DNA of 64,000 nt from a virus. The notes below the pieces were generated by a model. That model ran no database searches, was not told where the DNA came from, and saw nothing but the letters and a program-made list of their open reading frames with translations. The stretch spans positions 1 through 64,000 of the IMG/VR virus record IMGVR_UViG_3300023184_000072. One strand, written 5' to 3'. Each line of letters begins with the position of its first letter. The first letter of the stretch is position 1. The position numbers were made by a program, and so were the translations under genes. This document shows positions 1 to 8,986 of this stretch, in pieces.

Positions 1-585
1 TTTAATCTAGATGAAACATTCTCTACTATAGGGGAAAAAGAAAACTATGCTATAGAGAGATGTTCTGGAGAATTGATAGCAGTGTGGGATGATGATGATG
101 TAGCTTTACCTAATCACCTATCTAACATAGCTAAGTTTTGGAGACCAGATGCTAATCTTTTACATTGGCAGAATGGTGTGTTCTATAATGAACCTAATAT
201 AACACAATTGATGGCTCTTGGTAACTCAGGTATTGTCTATAGCAAGAAAGCTTGGGAAGCAATTGGTAAGAGTCCAATAGAGAATGCTGGTGGAGATATG
301 ACATTAGTTGTAGCTCTACATAACTTAGGAAGAGATAAAGTGGTATTAGCTGATCCTCCTAATGAAGAATGTTCTTGGTTCTATATGTGGGGTGGTAGAG
401 GATACCATCAATCAGGTATGGGAACAGACACTGCAGAAAGACCTAGTGTTATAAAAAGACATAGTGATTATATAGAAAACTTAAGACAAAAAGGTCAAAT
501 ACCTACAGGAGATGTTCAATTGATGCCTCAATGGAATAAGAATTACACACAAATGTTAAAAGACTACATCAATGAACATAAATAG
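1..585 (+). CDS. GT2/GT-A family glycosyltransferase, 5'-truncated by the window edge
   Basis: Frame is open from position 1 (FNLDETFSTIGEKENYAIERCSGELIAVWDDDD), matching the GT2 G..N.A..A.GE.IA..DDDD pattern. Confidence 0.75.
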   Translation, partial: FNLDETFSTIGEKENYAIERCSGELIAVWDDDDVALPNHLSNIAKFWRPDANLLHWQNGVFYNEPNITQLMALGNSGIVYSKKAWEAIGKSPIENAGGDMTLVVALHNLGRDKVVLADPPNEECSWFYMWGGRGYHQSGMGTDTAERPSVIKRHSDYIENLRQKGQIPTGDVQLMPQWNKNYTQMLKDYINEHK

Positions 586-1228
586 TATATCAATAGATTC
601 AACTAATTCTATGACAGAATTATGTCTTCTTGGAGTGAAATATCCAACAGATAAATCTCCATATAACAATGATGGAAACTTGCACAAACATGCATACACA
701 TCTATTTACAATCTATTATTCTCTAATATTAGATATAACAATCTATGTATAGGAGAACTAGGTATATTAGAGAATCATTCTATGCTTTCTTGGAGAGAGT
801 TCTTTCCTAATGCTAAATTGTATGGGTTTGAATGGTTTGATAATAGATTAAATAAAGCTATTCAAGATAGTATACCTAATTGTTCATATTTTAAAATGGA
901 TGTTACTAATCCAGAATCTATTGAAGAAGGATTACTTTATTCAGGAGGTGAGTTTGATATACTTATGGATGATAGTACACATGTATTTGAAGACCAGATT
1001 AAGTTTATCAATGTAGCATATAAGTATTTAAAACCTGGAGGGTTTCTAATTATAGAAGATATATTTATTAATGCTAACGAAGAAGATTATTCAGAAGCAA
1101 TAAATCATTTATCAGATTATTTCTCTTCTGCTACATTTATATTTGCTAATCATGCATTAAAACATTCTCCTGGATGGAATAATGATAAACTACTTGTATT
1201 ACATAGAAACAATAAACCATGTTCTTAA
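572..1228 (+). CDS. Class I SAM-dependent methyltransferase, sugar O-methyltransferase-like
   Basis: H.YT.IY, ELGI (motif I), S...W.EFFPNA.LYGFE, FDILMDDSTH and LKPGGFLIIEDI motifs. Confidence 0.8.
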   Translation: MNINSISIDSTNSMTELCLLGVKYPTDKSPYNNDGNLHKHAYTSIYNLLFSNIRYNNLCIGELGILENHSMLSWREFFPNAKLYGFEWFDNRLNKAIQDSIPNCSYFKMDVTNPESIEEGLLYSGGEFDILMDDSTHVFEDQIKFINVAYKYLKPGGFLIIEDIFINANEEDYSEAINHLSDYFSSATFIFANHALKHSPGWNNDKLLVLHRNNKPCS

Positions 1229-1758
1229 ATATAATCACCCCTTGTTCTAGACCAGAAAATCTAGAAACTATCTCTAAAAGTATAAATATCCCTAGAGATC
1301 AATATAGATGGATAGTAGTATTTGATTTATTAGAAGCACCAGCTAACATTCCAGAGAACTGTGAATGGTATGCTATCAAAGATGCTAAAAGTATGTCTGG
1401 TAATGCTCAAAGAAACTTTGCTCTTGATCTTGTTACACATGGACATATATATTTCAATGATGATGACACTATCATGCAACCTAACTTATGGGATGAGATA
1501 AAAAATGAAGATGTTGAAGATTTTATATCTTTCATACAAGCTAATAAAGATGGAAGTATTAGATTAGAAGGAGATCATATATCTGTAGGAACTATAGATA
1601 GTCACAACTTTGTTGTAGCAAACAAAACAATAGGAAATACAAGATGGGTATTAAATAGATATGATGCTGATGGTGTATTTGCACGAGAGTGCTTTGAGAA
1701 AGCAAAAACTATATTATATATAGACAAAGTGTTATCTGTATATAATTCTCTTAAATAA
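1219..1758 (+). CDS. GT-A fold (GT2-like) glycosyltransferase
   Basis: IITPCSR start, GNAQRNFAL, YFNDDD (DxD), IDSHNF and YDADG motifs. Confidence 0.75.
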   Translation: MFLNIITPCSRPENLETISKSINIPRDQYRWIVVFDLLEAPANIPENCEWYAIKDAKSMSGNAQRNFALDLVTHGHIYFNDDDTIMQPNLWDEIKNEDVEDFISFIQANKDGSIRLEGDHISVGTIDSHNFVVANKTIGNTRWVLNRYDADGVFARECFEKAKTILYIDKVLSVYNSLK

Positions 1759-1783
1759 AAAAAGCTCCTTAATTGGAGCTTTA
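1759..1783. terminator. Intrinsic terminator between convergent genes, strongest for the minus strand
   Basis: aaagctcc-ttaatt-ggagcttt inverted repeat between stop codons at 1758 and 1784; T tract follows the hairpin on the minus strand. Confidence 0.75.
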
Positions 1784-2512
1784 TTAAAAAAGAAGTGAAT
1801 CTTTAATTATTTGAGGAAGTTTTTCTAAAGAACCTTTATGTTCTTCAAACACTTTTTTTACTACATTTTCATTATCAGTAGAATATCTCAAAAGTACACT
1901 TTGATATATTTTATTTGATTCTTGATTATTTTTTAACATAAGATCTTTACAACATTTACCTGTATCAATTAAATAGATGTTTGCATCAATTTTTAAATTG
2001 GTAGGTCTAGTGTGTCTACCAGGAAGCCACTCAAAGTCTTTTCTTAATATACATGTTTTAGAAAACCAATATGTATCCAACTTACCCCAACTCCTTTGTT
2101 CTAATATTTTCTTTGTTTCATCTAAAGGAGGTTCTGAATCATGTTGCAGTAATACTATACCTGTAGGTGCAATCCAATCGTTTAGTGTGTTAATAATATA
2201 ATTACGTAAATCTGGATGAAAAATCCTTTCATCTTGATCAGCATATAACACTATATATCCTTCATTAATAAATCTTTTTTTAATTTCGTTTTGTTTTTTA
2301 ATATTATTACCCCATCCATAAGATTTTGTAGAATACGTTTCAAAATTATTTATTCCATGAGATTGTAAATATGAAATTATGAGATTTTTGTTTACATCAT
2401 GAATAAGAAAATAAAACTCCTCTGGATGAAAGAAATTCTTATAATAATTGATAAAATTGTCTGAGAAGTAGTTAATCCTATCTATTTGTGTTATAACCTT
2501 AAGATTGTTCAT
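1784..2512 (-). CDS. GT2-like (Glyco_tranf_2_4-type) glycosyltransferase
   Basis: FINYY..., VLYADQDERIF (DxDE), SK.CI...W.PGRH. Confidence 0.6.
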   Translation of the reverse strand: MNNLKVITQIDRINYFSDNFINYYKNFFHPEEFYFLIHDVNKNLIISYLQSHGINNFETYSTKSYGWGNNIKKQNEIKKRFINEGYIVLYADQDERIFHPDLRNYIINTLNDWIAPTGIVLLQHDSEPPLDETKKILEQRSWGKLDTYWFSKTCILRKDFEWLPGRHTRPTNLKIDANIYLIDTGKCCKDLMLKNNQESNKIYQSVLLRYSTDNENVVKKVFEEHKGSLEKLPQIIKDSLLF

Positions 2513-3128
2513 ATATAGGAAATCTTGATAAATCTGGATATTCTAATTCCAAATCATCATTACTTATTGGTATTCCATTTTTATAAAACTGTGTCATTAA
2601 TAATAGTCCTCTTGTAGCTATTTCAGGCATCATATAAAAATTCCATCCTAACATATCAAAGTGATCATCATGGTATGAAACTTCATTTCTACCTGAAAAT
2701 CTTGCACGTTTAAACCAATTATAGGCTTGTTCATCATCTGTAAGAATAGCACCTCCTTTAGACAGCTTTAAATGTTTAAAAGGACCTGTAAAACTAATAC
2801 ACATGTGTGTTCCTGTAATGTACATATTGTTTGTAAATCTAAGAGCTGAATCCCATACCTTTGTAGGAATCAATTGATAGGCTCCCTTTAATGTTTTCTC
2901 ATCTGAATTCACCCATTTCACTTTTCCTCCAGCATGTATAATTTCACAAGGTACAGATGGATAGGTTCTACTAGGAATTGTTATCTCAAGACCTTTTACA
3001 TCTTCATACATTAAAGCTAGAAACAATGCATTAGTTTGATTATCTATAGCTACAGCAAATGGAGCTCCTGTATACTCACAAAGAGATTCTTCAAATTGTT
3101 CTGTCACTTTATAAACTCCTTCAGCCAT
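2499..3128 (-). CDS. DegT/DnrJ/EryC1/StrS-family PLP sugar aminotransferase, short form
   Basis: FEESLCEYTGAPFAVA..N.TNALFLAL, P.RTY.S, DSA, SF...KHL..KGGAILTDD, GWNFYM; 209 aa, lacking the usual C-terminal domain. Confidence 0.8.
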   Translation of the reverse strand: MAEGVYKVTEQFEESLCEYTGAPFAVAIDNQTNALFLALMYEDVKGLEITIPSRTYPSVPCEIIHAGGKVKWVNSDEKTLKGAYQLIPTKVWDSALRFTNNMYITGTHMCISFTGPFKHLKLSKGGAILTDDEQAYNWFKRARFSGRNEVSYHDDHFDMLGWNFYMMPEIATRGLLLMTQFYKNGIPISNDDLELEYPDLSRFPIYEQS

Positions 3129-3747
3129 TTTCTCTTATAATTTTACAAGGACTTCCGTAAGCAATCACATCATCAGGAATATCTTTTGTCACTATAGAAC
3201 CAGCTCCTATAACACAATTCTTTCCTATTTTAACATGATCTAACACCATAGCACCCATTCCTATCTTTGTACCTTCTCCAATTGAAACATGTCCTGCTAT
3301 AGCAGCATTTGGATTAATAGTTACAAAGTCTGCAATGATTGTATGATGACCTATTGAAGAGTTTCTATTAACACTTACAAACTTTCCAAGATGACTGTGT
3401 GCACTTATGGAAACATTACTATGTATAGTGCAACCTTTTTCTAAAGTTGTAGTGGATGATATAGAAGCAGTGTTGTGTATAAGGTTTATGAAGTTCATAT
3501 CCTCTCCGAAGGTGTTTAAAATCTTTCTCTTTATAGAAGAGTTAGAAACACCTAGAGCAAATGTATCACCACCTGTAAGTTTGTTGGTGATTTCCCATTT
3601 GAATTTAGGATTGTTGAACGTATGTTCTATTGGAAGATCTAAATTGTTTACAATTTTTATTTCTGGAAACATTCCTTTTGATTCAAGAACATCCATAATC
3701 ATAGAAATTGTAACATCACTTTTTCCCAATAAGGTTAGTGTTTGCAT
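3121..3747 (-). CDS. PglD/NeuD-family sugar N/O-acyltransferase (left-handed beta helix)
   Basis: NLIH.TA.IS, hexapeptide repeats, IGHH, IGAGSIVTKDIP...AYGSPCK. Confidence 0.85.
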   Translation of the reverse strand: MQTLTLLGKSDVTISMIMDVLESKGMFPEIKIVNNLDLPIEHTFNNPKFKWEITNKLTGGDTFALGVSNSSIKRKILNTFGEDMNFINLIHNTASISSTTTLEKGCTIHSNVSISAHSHLGKFVSVNRNSSIGHHTIIADFVTINPNAAIAGHVSIGEGTKIGMGAMVLDHVKIGKNCVIGAGSIVTKDIPDDVIAYGSPCKIIRENG

Positions 3748-4543
3748 AGCCTTGTTCTTTAAATTCTATAGGTGTAAGTAGTTGATGATCAAGCTCTTCC
3801 ATTATTCTATGTGCTCTTTTTAGAAGCTCTATGTTTGTAGTCTTTTCCTTGTCTTTATAGTATAGATTGTCTTCAAGACCCACTCTTATACCATCTGCAT
3901 AGAGAAAACCTAAAACATTTGATTTTAATTGATCTTTCCCTATACCACCAAAGCACATCACTGAATTAGAAGGTTTATTAGCAACAATATTTGCAACACT
4001 TGTAACATCAACTTGTGCATTGTAAATGTTTCCAAATATCATATTTATATAATGGGGACCTTTTAAAACACCCTTCTTTATAAGATAGTTGGTGTAATTT
4101 AACATTCCACTATCAAAGCATTCTATTTCTGGAACAACACCATATTCATCCATTTTTTCTATAAGCTTAATTATTGTTTCAGGTTCATTAATAGAAGCAG
4201 CTTTTGGAAAGTTTATAGAACTCATAGTAAGACTTCCCATATCTGGCATAAGCTCAAGAACAGCTGAACGTTTCTCAAATTCTGGAAAATGTCTTCCTGT
4301 TAAAGATACACATATAGAGAGGTTAGGGCAGTGTTTTCTAATACCCTCAATAATCTTTTGGTATACATCTTTTCTATAGGTATTCAACAGCTGTTCATCT
4401 CTAGCATGAATGTGCACCATTGTTATGCCCAGCTCAAAAGCAAAATGCACCTCTTCCACTATTTCATTTGGGGAGATAGGTGCATTTGAATTTTCTTTTG
4501 TTGTTTGAGTTCCTGTAGGTGTGAAGTTTATTATTTTATTCAT
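3716..4543 (-). CDS. Beta-keto acid cleavage enzyme (BKACE / 3-keto-5-aminohexanoate cleavage family, DUF849)
   Basis: INFTPTG, P.SP.EI.EE, VHIHARD (HxH), PDMGSL, PEIECFD.G, RVGLEDNLY. Confidence 0.88.
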   Translation of the reverse strand: MNKIINFTPTGTQTTKENSNAPISPNEIVEEVHFAFELGITMVHIHARDEQLLNTYRKDVYQKIIEGIRKHCPNLSICVSLTGRHFPEFEKRSAVLELMPDMGSLTMSSINFPKAASINEPETIIKLIEKMDEYGVVPEIECFDSGMLNYTNYLIKKGVLKGPHYINMIFGNIYNAQVDVTSVANIVANKPSNSVMCFGGIGKDQLKSNVLGFLYADGIRVGLEDNLYYKDKEKTTNIELLKRAHRIMEELDHQLLTPIEFKEQGYANTNLIGKK

Positions 4544-4556
4544 AAACTTTGTTGAT

Positions 4557-4718
4557 TTATTTTGATAATCTCTTTTGCTTCATTGGTTGCATAGGAGCTG
4601 TTCTTCTCACCTTATCATCCATAGACTTATTCTGAGAGAAAGGTTTGTCCTTCTTAGGTATAGGAACTTTAGGAGCCATTCTTGGTGCTCCAGATTTCTT
4701 AGCTTTACCAGAAGTCAT
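4557..4718 (-). CDS. Small basic protein, 53 aa, not in the ORF track
   Basis: Hand translation MTSGKAKKSGAPRMAPKVPIPKKDKPFSQNKSMDDKVRRTAPMQPMKQKRLSK*; fills the gap, starting 1 nt after the upstream stop. Confidence 0.65.
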   Translation of the reverse strand: MTSGKAKKSGAPRMAPKVPIPKKDKPFSQNKSMDDKVRRTAPMQPMKQKRLSK

Positions 4719-4719
4719 A

Positions 4720-5529
4720 TTAGCACCCACCTTTACAAGTTTTCATTTTACCACCAGACTTCATATTGAACTGGACATCACCATTCATTCTAGGATTTTC
4801 TGCTCCTCTTGCATTTCTTCTATCACTAATTCTATTAGCTACTTTATTAGCTCGATCTCTAGAAGTTTCATTAATTTTAGTAACTCTTTCATATTGACGT
4901 TTATTAAGATTTCTTGGAACAACGTTATTTCCATCTTGTGCTTTCTTAATTGCACCACCAGCTTTCATAGGTACCATAGAAGCAGCTTTACCACCATATT
5001 GCATTTTCTTAGGTGTCTTACCAGCTTTCTTCATAGCAATAGCTACAGCAGCTTGTTTAGCCATCTTACCACCCATTTTCATCTTAGCACCAGATTTAGC
5101 TTTTCCTTTACCAGCTACAATGATATCAGCTCTAGTTACACCAGGGTTTTTATCAAATCCAGCTTTAACAGATTTCATTCCTAAAGAACTACCACCTTGA
5201 GATTTTTTTACAGTTTTACCATTTTTACCCATTAATCCACCAAGAGCTTTTCCAGCTAATCCACCTATTAAGTTACCTCCCATTCCACTTAACATATCTC
5301 CTAATTGAGCTTTTTTAATCTTACTGCCAGTTTTAGCTTTTTTCATCACTTTACCACCATTCTTTTTTAACATGTTGTAATTTTGATCCTTAGCATCAAA
5401 GCCTTCACCACTTAGCATTTCACCTTTAGGTCCTTTGTACATTTGTACATCATTATTAGTTTTCTTCTTAGGAGTAACTTTTACAGTTGTTTTTTTCACT
5501 GCAACTACAGGTTTTTTTGGTTGTAACAT
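4720..5529 (-). CDS. Lys/Gly/Met-rich basic protein with repeated KAxxG / xxGG motifs
   Basis: KKNGG, KKAKTG, KKAQLG, KKSQGG, KAKSG, MKMGG, MQYGG, MKAGG, KKAQDG, MKSGG. Confidence 0.7.
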   Translation of the reverse strand: MLQPKKPVVAVKKTTVKVTPKKKTNNDVQMYKGPKGEMLSGEGFDAKDQNYNMLKKNGGKVMKKAKTGSKIKKAQLGDMLSGMGGNLIGGLAGKALGGLMGKNGKTVKKSQGGSSLGMKSVKAGFDKNPGVTRADIIVAGKGKAKSGAKMKMGGKMAKQAAVAIAMKKAGKTPKKMQYGGKAASMVPMKAGGAIKKAQDGNNVVPRNLNKRQYERVTKINETSRDRANKVANRISDRRNARGAENPRMNGDVQFNMKSGGKMKTCKGGC

Positions 5530-5606
5530 AATTTACATTATTAAGTTGTTAGTATTATTTATTGGTAAATAACCAAAGAAGTTATTCAGTTTGATTGCAA
5601 GGATTT

Positions 5607-5885
5607 TTAACAGTTCCATTTTCTCAAGCTTTTATTAATTCTTGAATTAGGATCGTGAGCTGTCTTAGCACTAGTAAGTTTCTTCTTCATACCTGACATT
5701 CTACTACAGAAGGATTTACGTCTTCCTGCAGCTTTACTTCCAGGTTTTAACTTAGAAGGTTTAGTGGTTACAGCTGTTTTAAGTTTGCTACCAGGATGTG
5801 ATTTTCTATATGAAGCCACACCTTTAGCATTTAATCCACCACTTGGATTCTTTCCAGATTTCTTTTGCCAAGCTTCTGATGCCAT
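5607..5885 (-). CDS. Conserved small basic phage protein (DUF6321-like)
   Basis: AWQ..GKNP.GGLNAKG.ASY...RRKSFC.RM.GMKK...DPNSRINKSLRKWNC pattern, recalled from other phage proteins. Confidence 0.7.
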   Translation of the reverse strand: MASEAWQKKSGKNPSGGLNAKGVASYRKSHPGSKLKTAVTTKPSKLKPGSKAAGRRKSFCSRMSGMKKKLTSAKTAHDPNSRINKSLRKWNC

Positions 5886-6856
5886 TATTTCTTAGTTTTA
5901 GCTTTAATTTTCTTTTCTTGTACTAACATTTGTTTAGTAGGTTTCTTTCCAGATCCTTTATTAGCACGAATGTTATCCCATAATCCTCTTTTAGACATAG
6001 AACCATCAGCACGTTTAATCATACCTCCAGCTTTAGCTTTCTTACTGTTCATTATAGACTGCTCATTTTTTAATTTACTTTTTAAATAATTCGTCTTAGA
6101 TTTAAACTTTTTTTCTTCAAGTTTAAACATAGCATTATCAAGAGAATCCTTACTTTTTTTTATTTTATCAAATATAGGTTTTGGATCAGAATACTGTGAT
6201 GTTCCATTCTGAGCTTTCTTTTTATCCATCATTTCTAATGCTCTAGCACTAAGCTTTGCTTTAGGAATAGAATCATTAATCTTACGTGCTTTATCAGAAG
6301 CTATTTCTCTAGAGAAAGACATACTAGAAGATTTTCCTTGATAGTATCTAGGACCATTATTAGTTTTTACCTTTTTAGTAGAAGTGTAATTACTTCCTTC
6401 TTTTGTAAGATATTCACCATCTTGAGCTTTCTTTATTGTACTACCAGTTTTAGATTTATTTAATCCTGTACATTTACCACCTTTACAAGGAGGAGGGTTA
6501 TTATTTTTTTTAGCATCAGTAGTTTCTAATCCTTCTAATTGAGCATCAGGTTTTCTTTTTTGTTTATCAAGTTGTTTGCTATATTGCCATCTTGTTAATC
6601 CACGTTTTTCAGCTTCACTAACAAATATTGAATCTTGTTTTCTCCAAAACTCAGATGATTTTTTTTCTTTCTCAACACGAGCAGCAATTCTATCTGCTCT
6701 TTCTTTATTTCTGACATCTCGTATAGAATCTCTTTGAATTGGTGTCATTACACCATTCTGTGCCTTTTTAATAGCACCACCAGATTTTAATGTACTTCCT
6801 TTATATGGACCCTTCTTCTTAACAAGAGGACCATTAGGAACTTTAGTAATTGCCAT
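5885..6856 (-). CDS. Lys-rich modular protein with KAQxG repeats
   Basis: KKAQNG (x2), KKAQDG and KKAKAGG separate unrelated segments; C-terminal RGLWDNIRA module. Confidence 0.7.
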   Translation of the reverse strand: MAITKVPNGPLVKKKGPYKGSTLKSGGAIKKAQNGVMTPIQRDSIRDVRNKERADRIAARVEKEKKSSEFWRKQDSIFVSEAEKRGLTRWQYSKQLDKQKRKPDAQLEGLETTDAKKNNNPPPCKGGKCTGLNKSKTGSTIKKAQDGEYLTKEGSNYTSTKKVKTNNGPRYYQGKSSSMSFSREIASDKARKINDSIPKAKLSARALEMMDKKKAQNGTSQYSDPKPIFDKIKKSKDSLDNAMFKLEEKKFKSKTNYLKSKLKNEQSIMNSKKAKAGGMIKRADGSMSKRGLWDNIRANKGSGKKPTKQMLVQEKKIKAKTKK

Positions 6857-6858
6857 GA

Positions 6859-7236
6859 TTATTTATTTTTAGATATTTTACGTAGTGTTTTAGCAAGAGC
6901 TTTGCGTTTAGGAGTGCATGTAGCTTTAGTCATAGGAGTGCAAAATCCCTTATGTGCAGGATTGATTGCTTTTTGTATCCACTTACCATCTTTAGCTTTT
7001 GTTATAGTAGTTCCTGATTTAGCTTTTTTCTTTTTAATAGAAGGAACATCAAATTTAACTCCACCATTAGGTTTAAATGTTGTTTCAGTCTTAGTATCTC
7101 CTCCAGGATATGTAGTTTTTTTAAGATCATAGTTCTTAGTACTATACATATCTATAGTAGGATATTTCTTTTTTAAAGTATCCCCTACTTGTGCTTTCTT
7201 AATAGCTTTCTTAATAGATTTTTTAACAGTAGCCAT
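6859..7236 (-). CDS. Lys-rich protein with KAxxG motifs
   Basis: KKAQVG, KKAKSG and KAKDG, followed by the module KWIQKAI..HKG...ALAKTL. Confidence 0.7.
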   Translation of the reverse strand: MATVKKSIKKAIKKAQVGDTLKKKYPTIDMYSTKNYDLKKTTYPGGDTKTETTFKPNGGVKFDVPSIKKKKAKSGTTITKAKDGKWIQKAINPAHKGFCTPMTKATCTPKRKALAKTLRKISKNK

Positions 7237-7238
7237 AA

Positions 7239-7721
7239 CTATTTCTTTTTCATCTTGGTAGCACCAAGTTGTTTATCTTTTACAAGCTTAGCTTTACCTT
7301 TAGCACCAGCTAATGTTTTGTTTTGTACTTTAGTCCAAGCACCTTTAGGATCTACAGGACCAACTCTTTTGTTGGAGGCTTTAAGTCCAGTTAGACTTCC
7401 ACCATTTTTCATTTTCTTTTTAGTTTTTACCACTTTACCACCGTTTTTTCTTTCATCTACAGTTGAATTTGGACCAAACTTTTTATCATGAGCAGCTTGT
7501 AAAGCATCTATTTGTTTTGAACGAGTACCACCAAAACCACCATTGTAGTAGTTATCTCTTGGACTGTTTCCACCTAATGTATCTTTAGATATATCATAAG
7601 TATCACTTAATCCTTCTTTTCCTTTGTATTTATTCAAATAGTCTAACATAGGTGTAGACTTTTTAGCTTTTACAGTAGCACTGTTTTGTGCCTTTTTAAT
7701 AGGTCTTTTAATTGTTGCCAT
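7239..7721 (-). CDS. Lys-rich protein with KAQ / KNGG motifs
   Basis: IKKAQNS, RKNGG, MKNGG. Confidence 0.7.
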   Translation of the reverse strand: MATIKRPIKKAQNSATVKAKKSTPMLDYLNKYKGKEGLSDTYDISKDTLGGNSPRDNYYNGGFGGTRSKQIDALQAAHDKKFGPNSTVDERKNGGKVVKTKKKMKNGGSLTGLKASNKRVGPVDPKGAWTKVQNKTLAGAKGKAKLVKDKQLGATKMKKK

Positions 7722-7911
7722 AGCGTTTAAATGTTATATTGGGTTTAACGATTATATCTTTGTGAGTGTATTGCCACATCTCACCTGTAGTGTTTATTAT
7801 AATTGTATAGATGGTGTCTGTTTCTGTTCCATAATCTGTAACAAGAAATATCACACCCTCTCCCTTTGGTGTTATAACATCTATTCTATTCTTTGGTTCG
7901 TATATTCTCAT
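7708..7911 (-). CDS. Small hypothetical phage protein, 67 aa
   Basis: ORF overlaps the next gene start; TPKGEG...DYG.E...GE.W pattern. Confidence 0.6.
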   Translation of the reverse strand: MRIYEPKNRIDVITPKGEGVIFLVTDYGTETDTIYTIIINTTGEMWQYTHKDIIVKPNITFKRYGNN

Positions 7912-7960
7912 AGAGAAGAGCTTTTATTCGGGTGTTATTCATCTCCCAACACCTAGATTT

Positions 7961-8209
7961 TTAAAGATCTTTAGAAGAAATTTCTTCTACTGGAGCTTCC
8001 ACTTCTTTAATGATATCAGTTTCTACACCTTTAATCATTAATTCTTCAATCACTTGATTAGCTTGCATCATTAATTGAAAACGTGCTGCTTCTTCAGAAG
8101 ATAAATAAGCTCTAACAGTGTTAAGGATTAATCCAAACTGTTGTCCTGTTAATTCAAATCTGTCTTCAGGAGTCCAAGTGTACCTTTTTGCAGGATCATA
8201 CTGTGCCAT
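7961..8209 (-). CDS. Hypothetical protein, 82 aa
   Basis: ATG start with A-rich leader; lies downstream of a putative promoter at 8238-8269. Confidence 0.65.
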   Translation of the reverse strand: MAQYDPAKRYTWTPEDRFELTGQQFGLILNTVRAYLSSEEAARFQLMMQANQVIEELMIKGVETDIIKEVEAPVEEISSKDL

Positions 8210-8237
8210 AATTTAATTGGTTTTTATTATTAATCTG

Positions 8238-8269
8238 TAAATGTAAATAATGTTTTTTAATTATCCAAA
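8238..8269 (-). promoter_or_regulatory. Putative Bacteroidota housekeeping-sigma promoter
   Basis: Minus strand TTTG (8266-8269), 20-nt spacer, TACATTTA (8238-8245; one mismatch to TAnnTTTG). Confidence 0.5.
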
Positions 8270-8544
8270 TTTATTTCAAACGTAATAACGCTTGTTGTTT
8301 TAATACTCTTGCTCATGTCCACTCTTATGTGAAACATATTACAAAACTTAAGAATTTCTTCTATAAGCATATTGTTATACTTAGGAAGACTTGCTGCTAT
8401 TCTGAATTTATATGAGTGAGAGTTCTTTGTAATCTCAAGACTACATAATTCATCAACAGAAGAAATAACACCTTCCAAGTGTGCAAGAAAAACTTCATCG
8501 TTATCTTGCATCACCTTTGGAAAATGTTTTCTGTTTACTTCCAT
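8257..8544 (-). CDS. Hypothetical protein, 95 aa
   Basis: ORF translationally coupled (TAATG) to the upstream ferritin-like gene. Confidence 0.65.
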   Translation of the reverse strand: MEVNRKHFPKVMQDNDEVFLAHLEGVISSVDELCSLEITKNSHSYKFRIAASLPKYNNMLIEEILKFCNMFHIRVDMSKSIKTTSVITFEINLDN

Positions 8545-8969
8545 TATGACAAAGTAAGTCTATAAAGGGTTTGAGCTGCTTCTCCACTTAATGATTGAGC
8601 AACATTCTCTATGTCTGGCATATTATTAGCTTCACCAAACTCTTCTAAGTCTTTAGCAAAGGTTACAAGTTCTCTTACCACCTGATTAGGCATACCAGAA
8701 GTGTAGTCTTTAAGAACATCTATCTTATATGCTCTAACTCTCTTACCTGAATATCCCATAATCTTTTCTACTATTTCATCTTGGAAGTCACCCACTTTAT
8801 CGTAAATAGTTCCTAATGCAGAATGTTCAGCAAAAGATGTAGTTTGAAAATGTAATAAATGGAGTTGTTCGTAGTAAAATGATAATTTTCCTGCAATAGT
8901 CTCTAATGTAAGAGAGCTACTTCCTGCGCTTTCCATCATTTCTTCTGGGAATAGAGATTTTAGTGCCAT
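8544..8969 (-). CDS. Ferritin/Dps-like four-helix protein (phage DUF5856-like)
   Basis: QLHLLHFQTTSFAEHSALG..YD....DEIVE..MG and Y.LTL motifs. Confidence 0.75.
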   Translation of the reverse strand: MALKSLFPEEMMESAGSSSLTLETIAGKLSFYYEQLHLLHFQTTSFAEHSALGTIYDKVGDFQDEIVEKIMGYSGKRVRAYKIDVLKDYTSGMPNQVVRELVTFAKDLEEFGEANNMPDIENVAQSLSGEAAQTLYRLTLS

Positions 8970-8986
8970 GTTGTTTAGTTTTTAAA

